Positions 29,594-39,187 of a stretch of 57,944 nt of DNA are shown here, in pieces. Below the pieces are notes generated by a model that had not been told where the DNA came from, did not search any database, and saw nothing but the letters and a program-made list of their open reading frames with translations. Origin of the DNA: an uncultured Pseudomonadales bacterium (GTDB lineage Bacteria; Patescibacteriota; Microgenomatia; UBA1400; PJMF01); the NCBI GenBank assembly GCA_964648715.1, contig CAZYNM010000008.1, forward strand, positions 1-57,944, given 5' to 3'. The position numbers were made by a program, and so were the translations under genes. Numbering within the stretch: the stretch's first letter is position 1; each line of letters starts with the position of its first letter.

Positions 29594-29935
29594 ATGACTA
29601 CACTTTTGCTTATCGTACTCATTGGCTTGGTAATTTCGTTTTTTGCTACGCAAAATACCGATCCTATATCATTGCAGTTTTTCATATATCAAATAACCGA
29701 AGTTCCTAAATATGTCGTAGTAGTGGGAGCATTTTTGCTGGGGCTTTTCTTGTCGTGGAGTATCAATCTTATCAATAACATTACAACTGGTTTTGTGATG
29801 CGAAAAAAAGATACAAAGATCACTGATTTTAAGAGAGAAAACGCCGAGCTTGTGAAGCGCGTGCATCAACTAGAGCTAGAAAATGCAAAGCTAAAAGAAC
29901 GTTACAATGAACCAGAAGATGAAAAGTCATTGTGA
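29594..29935 (+). CDS. LapA-family (DUF1049) membrane protein
   Basis: TM-FATQN-TM then coiled coil. Confidence 0.75.
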   Translation: MTTLLLIVLIGLVISFFATQNTDPISLQFFIYQITEVPKYVVVVGAFLLGLFLSWSINLINNITTGFVMRKKDTKITDFKRENAELVKRVHQLELENAKLKERYNEPEDEKSL

Positions 29936-30390
29936 AAAAAATGCTTGCTAAAATCTGGAAAGCCCTTTCATTTCCCAAGTTACTTCAGTTGAGCATAATG
30001 CGTTTGGTACAGTCACAATTTTTGGTGGGTGTTACCGGCATCATTTTTAATGAAAAAAATGAAGTACTGCTTTTTAAGCACACATACCGGCAAACTCCCT
30101 GGAGCCTTCCGGGTGGGTACTTGCAGTCCAAAGAACATCCCTTTGAAGGTATGGAACGAGAGATAGCAGAAGAATCGGGGTTTGTGGTGAGCATAGATGA
30201 ACAATTAAAAGTGCGGACAGACAGAGAAACATCCCGTCTAGATATCGTGCTGGTGGGACGATTTATGGGGGGAGAGTTTACGCCATCCAGTGAAGTATCA
30301 GAGTATGGTTTTTTTACCATGGAGACACTGCCACTTATTGCACGCAACCAGCTTTTTCTGATACAACAAGCATTGAGTGAAAAAATATGA
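29932..30390 (+). CDS. NUDIX hydrolase
   Basis: LPGG......E....REIAEESG Nudix box. Confidence 0.9.
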   Translation: MKKMLAKIWKALSFPKLLQLSIMRLVQSQFLVGVTGIIFNEKNEVLLFKHTYRQTPWSLPGGYLQSKEHPFEGMEREIAEESGFVVSIDEQLKVRTDRETSRLDIVLVGRFMGGEFTPSSEVSEYGFFTMETLPLIARNQLFLIQQALSEKI

Positions 30391-30878
30391 AACTCGCCAT
30401 CATGTCTGACGCTCATGATAACTGGGCACATCTAGAAACCGCAATTCAGCTAGCCAATGAACAGGGCTGTGAAGTTTTGCTTTTTGCAGGTGACTTGATT
30501 GCGCCACCTGGTCTTGCTGTACTTGAAAAATTTAATGGCAACGTCAAGCTAGTATGGGGAAACAACGAGGGTGAAAAGGTAGGCATTGCACTCAAGTGCG
30601 CGAAGAGTGAGAAGATTGAGCTGTGCGGAGATGTATTTGAGGGTGTGCTTGGTGGAGTGCGCATTTTCATGAATCACTATCCACGGATCGTGGAGCTCGC
30701 CTCACAATTTGGTGAGTTTGATCTGTGCATTTTTGGACATACGCATGAGTATATTCAAACCAAGGTGGGCGAGTGCTCTCTTGTGAATCCAGGTGAGATT
30801 CAGGGCTATATCACTGGTGAGGCTGGCTTTGTGGTGTGGGATACGCAGATGCGAAGTGGGGAGCGGGTGAGGGTGTAA
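30387..30878 (+). CDS. YfcE/MJ0936-type metallophosphoesterase
   Basis: SDAHDN, AGD, GNNE, H, FGHTH, NPG. Confidence 0.9.
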   Translation: MKLAIMSDAHDNWAHLETAIQLANEQGCEVLLFAGDLIAPPGLAVLEKFNGNVKLVWGNNEGEKVGIALKCAKSEKIELCGDVFEGVLGGVRIFMNHYPRIVELASQFGEFDLCIFGHTHEYIQTKVGECSLVNPGEIQGYITGEAGFVVWDTQMRSGERVRV

Positions 30879-30882
30879 ATAT

Positions 30883-31668
30883 ATGAAAAAGACAAAACAT
30901 TTTTATAAAACACATTTTCAATTAGTTACGATCAAGAAAGCATATGAAGATTTTATGTTTACCAATCAATTGTCTAATGTGGACTCTTATAAAATTCTGG
31001 AAATTGAAGATACTAATGAAACGTGGAATTTCGATTCAATAGATGAATTTTTTTCTAATTACTACAAAGCTAATAGTTTTACTTTGTTCGTCTCAAGTAA
31101 ACAAAAAAGGTTATCACTATCACTAATGGGGGATAATAAGAATTATATCAGAGTTGAGGTTGAATCTGATGAAAGAGCGAAGGTTGAAAAAACTTTTCAT
31201 ATTTTTGAAGAGAATGCCGTAGCAAGTAAGGTAATTGAAGCTGAAGAAGTGGTTAAAATATTTATTGGACATGGTAGAGATCAACAATGGAAATTACTCA
31301 AAGATCATTTGCATGAACAGCATGGTTATAAAATAGAACATTATGAAATTGGTCCTAGGGCAGGAACTACTGTTAAAGAAGTTTTAGAGTCAATGTTAAA
31401 TTCTTCTAGTTTTGCTTTACTTGTAATGACTGGTGAAGATTTAGATAATGTGGGAAATATACACGCCAGAGAGAACGTTATTCACGAAATTGGTTTATTT
31501 CAAGGTAGGTTGGGCTTTCAAAAAGCATTAGTTTTAAAAGAGGATGGTGTCAATGAATTTTCTAACATTTTTGGTATAAATCAAATTAGATTTTCAAAAA
31601 AAAATATTAGAGAAAGTTTTGGTGATGTAGTTGCAGCAATAAAAAAAGAATTTGAAGGTAAACATTAA
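30883..31668 (+). CDS. Cap12/Pycsar-type TIR domain protein (C-terminal TIR), AT-rich
   Basis: IFIGHG...FALLVMTGED...ARENVIHEIGLFQGRLG. Confidence 0.85.
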   Translation: MKKTKHFYKTHFQLVTIKKAYEDFMFTNQLSNVDSYKILEIEDTNETWNFDSIDEFFSNYYKANSFTLFVSSKQKRLSLSLMGDNKNYIRVEVESDERAKVEKTFHIFEENAVASKVIEAEEVVKIFIGHGRDQQWKLLKDHLHEQHGYKIEHYEIGPRAGTTVKEVLESMLNSSSFALLVMTGEDLDNVGNIHARENVIHEIGLFQGRLGFQKALVLKEDGVNEFSNIFGINQIRFSKKNIRESFGDVVAAIKKEFEGKH

Positions 31669-31698
31669 TCAATTTTATAAATACTAATGAATTTCTCC

Positions 31699-31707
31699 TG
31701 ATATAAT
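31699..31707 (+). promoter_or_regulatory. Extended -10 element for ychF
   Basis: TGATATAAT, 9 nt before ATG. Confidence 0.65.
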
Positions 31708-31716
31708 ACTCCCCAT

Positions 31717-32838
31717 ATGTCACTTTCCATTGGAATTGTTGGTCTTCCCAACGTAGGCAAAAGTACACTCTTCAACGCGCTCCTCAAGGAGCAACAGGCG
31801 CTGGCTGCCAACTATCCCTTTGCCACCATCGAGCCCAACGTGGGGATCGTGCCCGTCCCAGATGCACGCCTCGCCAAGCTCGCCAAGATCGTCAACACCA
31901 CCACTATCAAGCCCGCCACAGTAGAGTTTGTAGACATTGCAGGGCTTGTCAAAGGTGCCAGCAAAGGCGAGGGACTGGGCAATCAATTCTTATCACACAT
32001 CCGTGAAACAGCAGCCATTTGTCATGTGCTGCGTGCTTTTGAAGACACGGATATTATTCGTGAAGGTTCAGAAACTCCACAGCTAGACCTGGGAATCATC
32101 CGTCTTGAGTTGGTTTTTGCCGATCAAGCTACCGTAGACAAACAACAGCAACCCAAGGGTAGTGTTGATAAAACTGCCAAAGAACGTTGGGAAGTAGTAA
32201 CTGCACTGAAAACAGTCTTGGCCGCAGGCAAAACAATACGCTCTGTACTTGATGCTCAAGACACTACTTTTGCACTTACCTCTTTACCAGAAGAGCAGGT
32301 GATGCAAGTCTGTAAAGAACTATCACTGCTTACCTTCAAAAAAGAGCTCTTTGTGGTAAATGTGAGTGAAACACAGCTTGCCGAAGGTATACAAAATTTG
32401 ACGACTCGTTTTGCAGAAGAACTTGTTGTTCCAGCATCACAGATCATTGTGATGTGCAACAAAATAGAGAGCGAGCTAGCCACCCTATCCGATGAAGACC
32501 GCACTGCCTACTTGCATGAACTGGGATTAGAAAACAGCGGTTTAGACCGCCTTATTACCGCTGCATATAATACTTTGCATCTTCAGAGCTTCCTCACTGC
32601 AGGGGAAATTGAAGTCCGGGCGTGGACTATCACACAGGGTAGTACTGCTCGCAGAGCTGCGGGTGCTATCCATACGGACTTTGAGCGACTTATGATTTCT
32701 GCCAAAGTAGCTTCCTATGCAGACTTTGTGCAGTATGCGGGCTGGAAAGGTGTCAAAGAAGCTGGTAAGCTGAGAACTGAAGGAAGAGAGTATCACATGC
32801 AAGAAGGTGATATAGTGGAATTCTTACTAGGAAAATAA
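31717..32838 (+). CDS. ychF: Ribosome-binding ATPase YchF
   Basis: GLPNVGKSTLFN, NYPFATIEPN, DIAGL, G.EY..QEGDI. Confidence 0.98.
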   Translation: MSLSIGIVGLPNVGKSTLFNALLKEQQALAANYPFATIEPNVGIVPVPDARLAKLAKIVNTTTIKPATVEFVDIAGLVKGASKGEGLGNQFLSHIRETAAICHVLRAFEDTDIIREGSETPQLDLGIIRLELVFADQATVDKQQQPKGSVDKTAKERWEVVTALKTVLAAGKTIRSVLDAQDTTFALTSLPEEQVMQVCKELSLLTFKKELFVVNVSETQLAEGIQNLTTRFAEELVVPASQIIVMCNKIESELATLSDEDRTAYLHELGLENSGLDRLITAAYNTLHLQSFLTAGEIEVRAWTITQGSTARRAAGAIHTDFERLMISAKVASYADFVQYAGWKGVKEAGKLRTEGREYHMQEGDIVEFLLGK

Positions 32839-32844
32839 TACATC

Positions 32845-33885
32845 GTGCATATACTCCGCAACTTGAGCGAATCACTACATACTCTCTGGGCTCGGTATGA
32901 AGCGAGTATTATGTTGAGTGGCGGCTTGGTGATAGGTGCTGCCCTTATGTATTGGTTCATGGCAGGTACTACGTCTGTTCCAAAACAGACTTTGTTTGAA
33001 GAGTCTCGTAAACAGGGAAAATATTCATTTATCAATCCTCTTTTGGAGTGCGAACAGGCTGAGAGCGTAGGATATGGCTACTACCGGGCATCATTTGATG
33101 ATGTGCAAACAAAGGTAGATGTATATAAAGCAAATGGAACCGTTACAGATCTTGCGGTGTACTTTAGAGATCTTAATAATGGCCCTTGGTATAGCATCAA
33201 TGAAGAATCACTGTTTGAACCTGCAAGTTTATTTAAGTTGCCGCTGCTGGTAGCTCTGTACAAGAAAAGAGAAATGGATCCAACAATATTTCAAAAAAAA
33301 CTTCTAGTGCGTGAAGACACCGACGAAATCCAGGCAATCAAGCCAGAGACTGCTGCAAAAGTGGGGGCGGAGTATACAATCGCCGAACTGAGTGACTTTA
33401 TGATCAAGTACTCGGATAACAATTCTGCTGCTACGTTATTTGAGTTTCTTGGACCCGAGTATGTATCCACTATTTTCACAGACCTCGGCTTAACACAGAC
33501 TGCTGGGAGTCTTGGCTACGTAATTACCGTGAAAAACTACAGTGGCATCTATAGACTGTTATTCAATGGCTCATACCTCAACAAGGACGATTCAGAGGCT
33601 GTACTAAAAGCGCTAAGTTCTTCAGAGTATACAGAGGGTTTGCGCAAGGGGCTTCCCCCTGGTACGCTCATTTCGCATAAATTTGGTGAAAGAAGTACTC
33701 GCGCAGTGGACAACACTATTATTTATCAGCTCCATGATTGTGGAATTGTCTACTATCCTCAGCGACCATTTCTTTTGTGTATTATGACCAAGGGAAGGAA
33801 TGCTGATGTTCTCCCACAGGTTATTCAAGATATTGCCAATACCATTTTCACCGACTTTGATCAAAAAGTACGCCAAGTCCCTTAA
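32845..33885 (+). CDS. Membrane-anchored class A beta-lactamase-like serine hydrolase
   Basis: PASLFK (SxxK), SDN, HKFG; N-terminal TM. Confidence 0.85.
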   Translation: MHILRNLSESLHTLWARYEASIMLSGGLVIGAALMYWFMAGTTSVPKQTLFEESRKQGKYSFINPLLECEQAESVGYGYYRASFDDVQTKVDVYKANGTVTDLAVYFRDLNNGPWYSINEESLFEPASLFKLPLLVALYKKREMDPTIFQKKLLVREDTDEIQAIKPETAAKVGAEYTIAELSDFMIKYSDNNSAATLFEFLGPEYVSTIFTDLGLTQTAGSLGYVITVKNYSGIYRLLFNGSYLNKDDSEAVLKALSSSEYTEGLRKGLPPGTLISHKFGERSTRAVDNTIIYQLHDCGIVYYPQRPFLLCIMTKGRNADVLPQVIQDIANTIFTDFDQKVRQVP

Positions 33886-33887
33886 TG

Positions 33888-33896
33888 TGGTATACT
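33888..33896 (+). promoter_or_regulatory. Extended -10 element for rpsF operon
   Basis: TGGTATACT. Confidence 0.6.
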
Positions 33897-33901
33897 ACGC
33901 C

Positions 33902-33975
33902 TTGTCACGTTTGTGCTGTAGGTAGTGAAGTACCAAGCAGCATCCAGTAGCTCAACAAACGTATGACGAAAGGAG
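33902..33975 (+). promoter_or_regulatory. Structured 5' leader of rpsF-ssb-rpsR
   Basis: ACGTTTGT/ACAAACGT outer stem, TGCTG/CAGCA and GGTA/TACC inner stems, AAAGGAG SD adjacent. Confidence 0.55.
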
Positions 33976-33983
33976 CATAACCC

Positions 33984-34319
33984 ATGCAAATACCGCATGA
34001 TACTCGGGTCAAGAAGTATGAATTGACCTATTTAACTTCATCTCAGCTGACAAGCGACGAAGCTCGCGAAATTACTGCAGCTGTAGAAAAATCTATTAAG
34101 AAGTCTGAAGGCACTATTGTGTCTCAAGATGATTGGGGTAAGAAAGCACTCGCATACACCATCAAACACTTGAGCAAACGCCACACCGAGGCAGTATTTA
34201 AACATCTCGTGGTGCAGTTTGAAACGCATAATGCATTTGCGTTTGAGAAAGACTTACGTCTTAACCAACGGGTGATCCGTTACTTATTCGTTGTTGCAGA
34301 GGAAGAGAAAAAAGCTTAG
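33984..34319 (+). CDS. rpsF: 30S ribosomal protein S6
   Basis: KYEL, DWGKKALAYTIK, VIRYL; precedes ssb-rpsR. Confidence 0.93.
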   Translation: MQIPHDTRVKKYELTYLTSSQLTSDEAREITAAVEKSIKKSEGTIVSQDDWGKKALAYTIKHLSKRHTEAVFKHLVVQFETHNAFAFEKDLRLNQRVIRYLFVVAEEEKKA

Positions 34320-34391
34320 AGTACGCTAACACGTGGTTATACAGTTTATGCAAGAATACTGCATACACTGAGGCAAGAGAGAAAGGAACGT

Positions 34392-34895
34392 ATGTCAGCA
34401 CGATCACTCAACAAAGTAATGCTTATTGGTAATCTCACCAGAGACCCTAATGTTCGCTATACCCCCGGTGGTGCAGCAGTTTGTTCATTTGGACTTGCTA
34501 CCAACCGTTCATGGACGCCCACCGACGGTGGAGAAAAGCAAGAAAAAGTTGAGTACCACAACATTGTTGCTTGGTCAAAGCTTGCTGATATCTGTGGTCA
34601 ACTCCTTCACAAAGGTGACAAGATCTATGTTGAAGGCAGACTGCAAACGCGTGACTGGAAAGCAGATGACGGCAGTGATCGTCGTATCACTGAAATCGTT
34701 ATCGAAAACATGATCTTGCTACGTTCAACCACTGGTGCATCTGGCTCATATGCCAGTGATGACATGGGTGGTGATAATACAGATTCTTTCTCTACACCCG
34801 TCGCTAAGCCTGCTGCAAAGAAAAAAAAGGTAGAAAAACAAGAGGATGACGATGCTCCAACCAGTGAAGAGGTTGCTGACGACATCCCATTTTAA
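34392..34895 (+). CDS. ssb: Single-stranded DNA-binding protein
   Basis: NKVMLIGNLTRDP, C-terminal DDIPF. Confidence 0.98.
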   Translation: MSARSLNKVMLIGNLTRDPNVRYTPGGAAVCSFGLATNRSWTPTDGGEKQEKVEYHNIVAWSKLADICGQLLHKGDKIYVEGRLQTRDWKADDGSDRRITEIVIENMILLRSTTGASGSYASDDMGGDNTDSFSTPVAKPAAKKKKVEKQEDDDAPTSEEVADDIPF

Positions 34896-34925
34896 TAGAA
34901 GCATTAAAAATAAAAAGGATACTAT

Positions 34926-35153
34926 ATGCCAATGAAACTTAAGCCTAAAAAGCGTTCAGTAAAAAAACTCAATAACCCAGATTTGGTGTTCACGTACAAA
35001 GACGTGAGTACCTTGACTCGTTTTATGAACGAGCTTGGTATGATTATGTCTCGAGCTGAGACAGGTCTTACCCAGAAACAACAGCGCATCTTGGGTACAG
35101 AAGTGAAGCGTGCACGTCATCTGGCTTTGCTTCCATTTACTCAAACACTGTAA
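34926..35153 (+). CDS. rpsR: 30S ribosomal protein S18 (no zinc cysteines)
   Basis: YKDV..L.RF, TG...KQQR....VKRAR.LALLPF. Confidence 0.95.
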   Translation: MPMKLKPKKRSVKKLNNPDLVFTYKDVSTLTRFMNELGMIMSRAETGLTQKQQRILGTEVKRARHLALLPFTQTL

Positions 35154-35207
35154 ACAGTCCAAGCCAGCTATTTCCATTGCGCTGATTTCATAGTACACTG
35201 AAAACTC

Positions 35208-36473
35208 ATGAAATTATTGCCTCTAGTGAGAACAGTAATTATTGCAGCTTTGCTGTGTGTGTTGGGTGGCATTCTCGAGAATCGCTACGCGTTTGTTGAG
35301 CGCTTTCCGCTCAGCCTGTTGTCAAACTCTATCACATCGAATGATGTATCAGGTGAGAGCATTGCTCATCTATTCCGAACAGAGGTGCCTTCCAAGCATA
35401 GTTCCATTGATTTTAGTGTGTTCTGGCAAGCATGGGATGTTCTGGAAGATGAGTTCCACGAGCCAGACAAAATGCAGCCAGAAAAAATGGTGGATGGTGC
35501 AGTAGCTGGGATGGTTGCCGCTTTGGGTGATCCGTACACTATGTATCTTCCTCCAGAAGACAAGGTTCGCAGCGGGCAAGATTTGGCAGGAGCATTTTAT
35601 GGTGTTGGAATTGAGTTGGGGTATGTAGAAGGAGTCTTGGCCGTTATGTCACCACTTGATGGTTCACCAGCCGCTAAAGCGAATGTTCAAGCTGGTGACT
35701 TAATCATAAAAGTAACAGATGAAGCTAAAAAAGTTGATGAATCAACTAATGGGTGGTCGCTTACAAAAGCAGTTGACACAATCCGTGGTCCCAAAGGCAG
35801 TCCAGTAGTCCTCACGCTGCTGCGCAAAAACAACGGCAACGAGCCATTCCAAGTAACACTCGTTCGCGATGAAATCATTGTTAAATCTGTACAGCTTTCT
35901 TTTGTGAATCAAGCAGGTAGTAAAGTAGCACATATTAAACTGTCGCGCTTTGGCGAGCGTACTCAGAATGAGTGGACAGAGGCCGTACAGCAAATTCAGA
36001 AAGAGCGCAAAGCAATTAAGGGTATTGTGCTTGATATGCGCAACGATCCAGGTGGCTTCTTTGATGAAGCAATTAATATTGCAAGTGACTTTGTTCCAGA
36101 TGGTGTCTTGGTAAGCCAAAAAGGTCGTTACACTTCCAAGGAATACTCATCTAATGGATCAGCACGACTCAAAGGTATTCCTCTAGTCCTCTTAGTAAAC
36201 GGAGGCAGTGCTTCTGCCTCAGAAATAGTGGCTGGAGCTCTCCGTGACCGCTTGGGTGTCAAGTTGGTAGGTCAAAAAACATTTGGAAAAGGCACTGTGC
36301 AAGACAGAAAAGAACTAAAAAACGGTGGTGGTATCCACGTTACCATTGCGCGTTGGATGCTACCCAGTGGTCAATGGATTCATGAACAAGGTATTCCTGT
36401 TGACGTAACCGTGACAGATGACCCTAAAACAGAGATAGATGAAATGCTCCAAAAAGCTATAGAAACATTGTAA
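35208..36473 (+). CDS. ctpA: Carboxyl-terminal processing protease (S41A)
   Basis: DPYT, PDZ, DMRNDPGG, SASASEI, TFGKG. Confidence 0.92.
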   Translation: MKLLPLVRTVIIAALLCVLGGILENRYAFVERFPLSLLSNSITSNDVSGESIAHLFRTEVPSKHSSIDFSVFWQAWDVLEDEFHEPDKMQPEKMVDGAVAGMVAALGDPYTMYLPPEDKVRSGQDLAGAFYGVGIELGYVEGVLAVMSPLDGSPAAKANVQAGDLIIKVTDEAKKVDESTNGWSLTKAVDTIRGPKGSPVVLTLLRKNNGNEPFQVTLVRDEIIVKSVQLSFVNQAGSKVAHIKLSRFGERTQNEWTEAVQQIQKERKAIKGIVLDMRNDPGGFFDEAINIASDFVPDGVLVSQKGRYTSKEYSSNGSARLKGIPLVLLVNGGSASASEIVAGALRDRLGVKLVGQKTFGKGTVQDRKELKNGGGIHVTIARWMLPSGQWIHEQGIPVDVTVTDDPKTEIDEMLQKAIETL

Positions 36474-36488
36474 GAGAGGAGGCGCCGT

Positions 36489-37670
36489 ATGCCACCCTTC
36501 ACCAGTTCACACAAATCATTTCTATTAGGAACAGGAGTCTCGCTAGTCGTGCTCGTGGCGTTTTTTGCCGGTGGCTTGGCAGATAGAGTATTTGTCATCA
36601 AACCACTTGACTATCTAGCACAACGTTCTGGAATAGGCGCACAGCCCAGTGTGGGAACGCCCTCCTCACCCCTCAGTGCGTTCATTGATCACAGTGCCAA
36701 TATGAGCGTCGCAGATGTAGCAGAGAAGACTTCTGCTTCTGTGGTTACTGTTGCTATCAAGAAACAACAAGTGGTACAGATTCCCTCTATACTCACACCA
36801 TTTTTTAATGGCCAAACTGAAGGTCAAGGCGAAGCAGTACAGAGAGATATTGGGACAGGTTTCGTCATAGATACCAATGGTTTGGTTGTGACCAATAAAC
36901 ATGTTGTGTTAGACAGCGCAGCTGAATACAAGGTGATTAGTAAGGATAATAAAGAATTCGCAGTTACCAAAATTTATCGCGATCCTGTTAATGACCTGGC
37001 TATCCTCAAAGTGGAAGGGGCACAACTTCCAGCACTTGCTTTGGGTGCATCCGATACTTTACGTGTAGGTGAGACGGTAATTGCTATTGGTACCGCACTG
37101 GGTGAATTCCGTCATACGGTCACGACTGGTGTAATCTCGGGGATTGGTAGGAGTATCACAGCTGGTACAGGTTTTGCCCAGTTTGAGGAGCTTGAGAACG
37201 TTATTCAAACCGATGCCGCTATTAACCCTGGCAACTCAGGAGGACCACTTCTCAACGCTCGTGGTGAAGTGATTGCTGTCAATGTGGCGGTATCTGCCAA
37301 CGCGCAAAATGTGGGTTTTGCACTACCCATCAATATTGTCAAAGATTCTTTGGAAAACTTCAACAAGACTGGCCAATTTGAACGACCACTCCTTGGTGTG
37401 AAGTATCAGATGATCAGTGAGGCAGCTGCATTAGCAAATGAAGTACCTCAGGGAGCGTATGTGGTGAGCATTGTTGAAGGAAGTACCGCCGCGCAAGTTG
37501 GTTTGCAGCGTGGTGATATTGTTACCAAACTTGATGGGACTGCACTCAAGGGCAAAGATACACTAGCCAAGTTTATGAGTAAGAAAAAAGTGGGTGATAC
37601 TCTGAGTATTACGTATTGGAGAGATACGGCAGAGAAGACAGTGACCGTAACTTTGAAGGCTGGGACGTAA
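36489..37670 (+). CDS. HtrA/DegP trypsin-like protease with PDZ
   Basis: TNKHV, DLA, QTDAAINPGNSGGPL. Confidence 0.95.
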   Translation: MPPFTSSHKSFLLGTGVSLVVLVAFFAGGLADRVFVIKPLDYLAQRSGIGAQPSVGTPSSPLSAFIDHSANMSVADVAEKTSASVVTVAIKKQQVVQIPSILTPFFNGQTEGQGEAVQRDIGTGFVIDTNGLVVTNKHVVLDSAAEYKVISKDNKEFAVTKIYRDPVNDLAILKVEGAQLPALALGASDTLRVGETVIAIGTALGEFRHTVTTGVISGIGRSITAGTGFAQFEELENVIQTDAAINPGNSGGPLLNARGEVIAVNVAVSANAQNVGFALPINIVKDSLENFNKTGQFERPLLGVKYQMISEAAALANEVPQGAYVVSIVEGSTAAQVGLQRGDIVTKLDGTALKGKDTLAKFMSKKKVGDTLSITYWRDTAEKTVTVTLKAGT

Positions 37671-37674
37671 CAGA

Positions 37675-38640
37675 TTAGTCTTGATCGCTCTCATCACCCG
37701 TAGCTTGGGGATCATAGTCTGGGTTTTCCAAGGCAGCCTTGGTTTCGGTGAGTATAGACATGATATCTCCCTCGAGGATGGTCTCTAGACTGAACCATGA
37801 CTGTTTGGTGCGATGATCGGTCACTCTGTTTTGAGGAAAGTTGTACGTACGTATTTTCTCAGCACGCTGTGCACGACCAATGAGGCTGCGAGCATTACCC
37901 AACTCACGTTGACGCTTTTCTTCTTCTAGTTCCCAGAGCTGAGAGCGCAAAAGTTCCAATGCTATCTTTCTGTTTTGATCTTGTTTTTTTTCTTGACGAG
38001 CATTAACTACCACCCCAGTAGGGAGATGCACCAAGCGGACAGCGCTATTCACTTTATTTACGTTCTGTCCTCCCGCACCACCAGCTCGCATAAAGGACCA
38101 TTCAAGATCTTCTTCACGGATAGTAATGGCAGTAGGGGGTATTTCTGGAAGCACTGCTACGCTTGCAGTAGAGGTATGGATACGACCTTGTGATTCGGTC
38201 ACTGGTACACGTTGTACGCGGTGTACACCGGTTTCATACTTGAGAAGTTCAAAAGGAGTGAGTGGAATGCCATCGGTTCGTGAAATACCCATCACTTTGA
38301 CAATGAGATCATCAATCATGCCACATTTGAGGCCATGTGCTTCTGCAAAGCGCATATACATACGCAAAATTTCACCTGCCCAAATTTTTGCTTCATCTCC
38401 ACCAGCTCCACCACGGATTTCAATGGTGCAGTTGCCACGTTTTCCTGTTTCGGTTGCATCTGGCGTACTCGTTTCGTGACTGGTAAGCTGAGCAGCAGCT
38501 TCTTCAAGAGTCGCTTTTTGTGCGCGTAGGCTCTCAACTTCATCTGTTGCAAGCTCACGCATGCTAGGATCACTCAACAAGAGTTCGGCCTCTGCAATTT
38601 TATCTTCTAATTCTTTGATGCTGTGTTCGTAGGGATTCAT
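37675..38640 (-). CDS. prfA: Peptide chain release factor 1
   Basis: [11 protein letters not shown] (PxT), GGQNVNK, RTYNFPQ. Confidence 0.95.
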   Translation of the reverse strand: MNPYEHSIKELEDKIAEAELLLSDPSMRELATDEVESLRAQKATLEEAAAQLTSHETSTPDATETGKRGNCTIEIRGGAGGDEAKIWAGEILRMYMRFAEAHGLKCGMIDDLIVKVMGISRTDGIPLTPFELLKYETGVHRVQRVPVTESQGRIHTSTASVAVLPEIPPTAITIREEDLEWSFMRAGGAGGQNVNKVNSAVRLVHLPTGVVVNARQEKKQDQNRKIALELLRSQLWELEEEKRQRELGNARSLIGRAQRAEKIRTYNFPQNRVTDHRTKQSWFSLETILEGDIMSILTETKAALENPDYDPQATGDESDQD

Positions 38641-38697
38641 ACAATGCTCACTCCAGTATACCAAACGATACTGGGAGCTAGGTGCACGCCAATAACA

Positions 38698-39087
38698 CTA
38701 TTGTGCGGGTGTACTTGCTTTGGTGGCAGCGCGAAGAGCGGATTGTTGTTCTCGGAGAAGTTCGCGGTATGATTTGCTGGGACCTGCAGGAACTTCAGTT
38801 TTTTGTTTCTTGTTTGTGCGTTCTTCTCTCAGTTTCTTCTGTTCAGCAGCAAAAAGCTGTTTCTTCTTGAAGCCATCAACACGACCCTTGAGGTCAACGA
38901 AGCGCATCTCTCCAGTGAAGAAGGGATGTGATTTTGAGGTGATATCGGTTTTTATGACATAGTGAGTCACACCATCGATATCCATGGTTTCGTTACTTTT
39001 GATTGTTGAAGCACTAATAATTTTGTCACCAGTAGATACGTCGATAAAGACGACTGGGTGAAGTGTGGGGTGAATGCCTGTTTTCAT
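38698..39087 (-). CDS. rpmE: 50S ribosomal protein L31 type B with C-terminal extension
   Basis: MKTGIHP, S.SHPFFTG, GRVDGF; no Cys. Confidence 0.92.
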   Translation of the reverse strand: MKTGIHPTLHPVVFIDVSTGDKIISASTIKSNETMDIDGVTHYVIKTDITSKSHPFFTGEMRFVDLKGRVDGFKKKQLFAAEQKKLREERTNKKQKTEVPAGPSKSYRELLREQQSALRAATKASTPAQ

Positions 39088-39117
39088 ACTGTCCTTATTA
39101 GCAAGTTGAGACTGCCC

Positions 39118-39146
39118 ATTATATCAGATCACATACCTTATAGCAA
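39118..39146 (-). promoter_or_regulatory. Sigma70 promoter for rpmE
   Basis: TTGCTA-17 nt-TATAAT with extended TG. Confidence 0.75.
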
Positions 39147-39187
39147 AGCAGAAAAAAGTCTTTGTACTTCTTGTTCTTGCTCAAATG

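Noticed and set aside
33963-33980. Five-codon uORF (MTKGA) before rpsF
   Set aside because: No initiation signal; it overlaps the rpsF SD and is likely incidental
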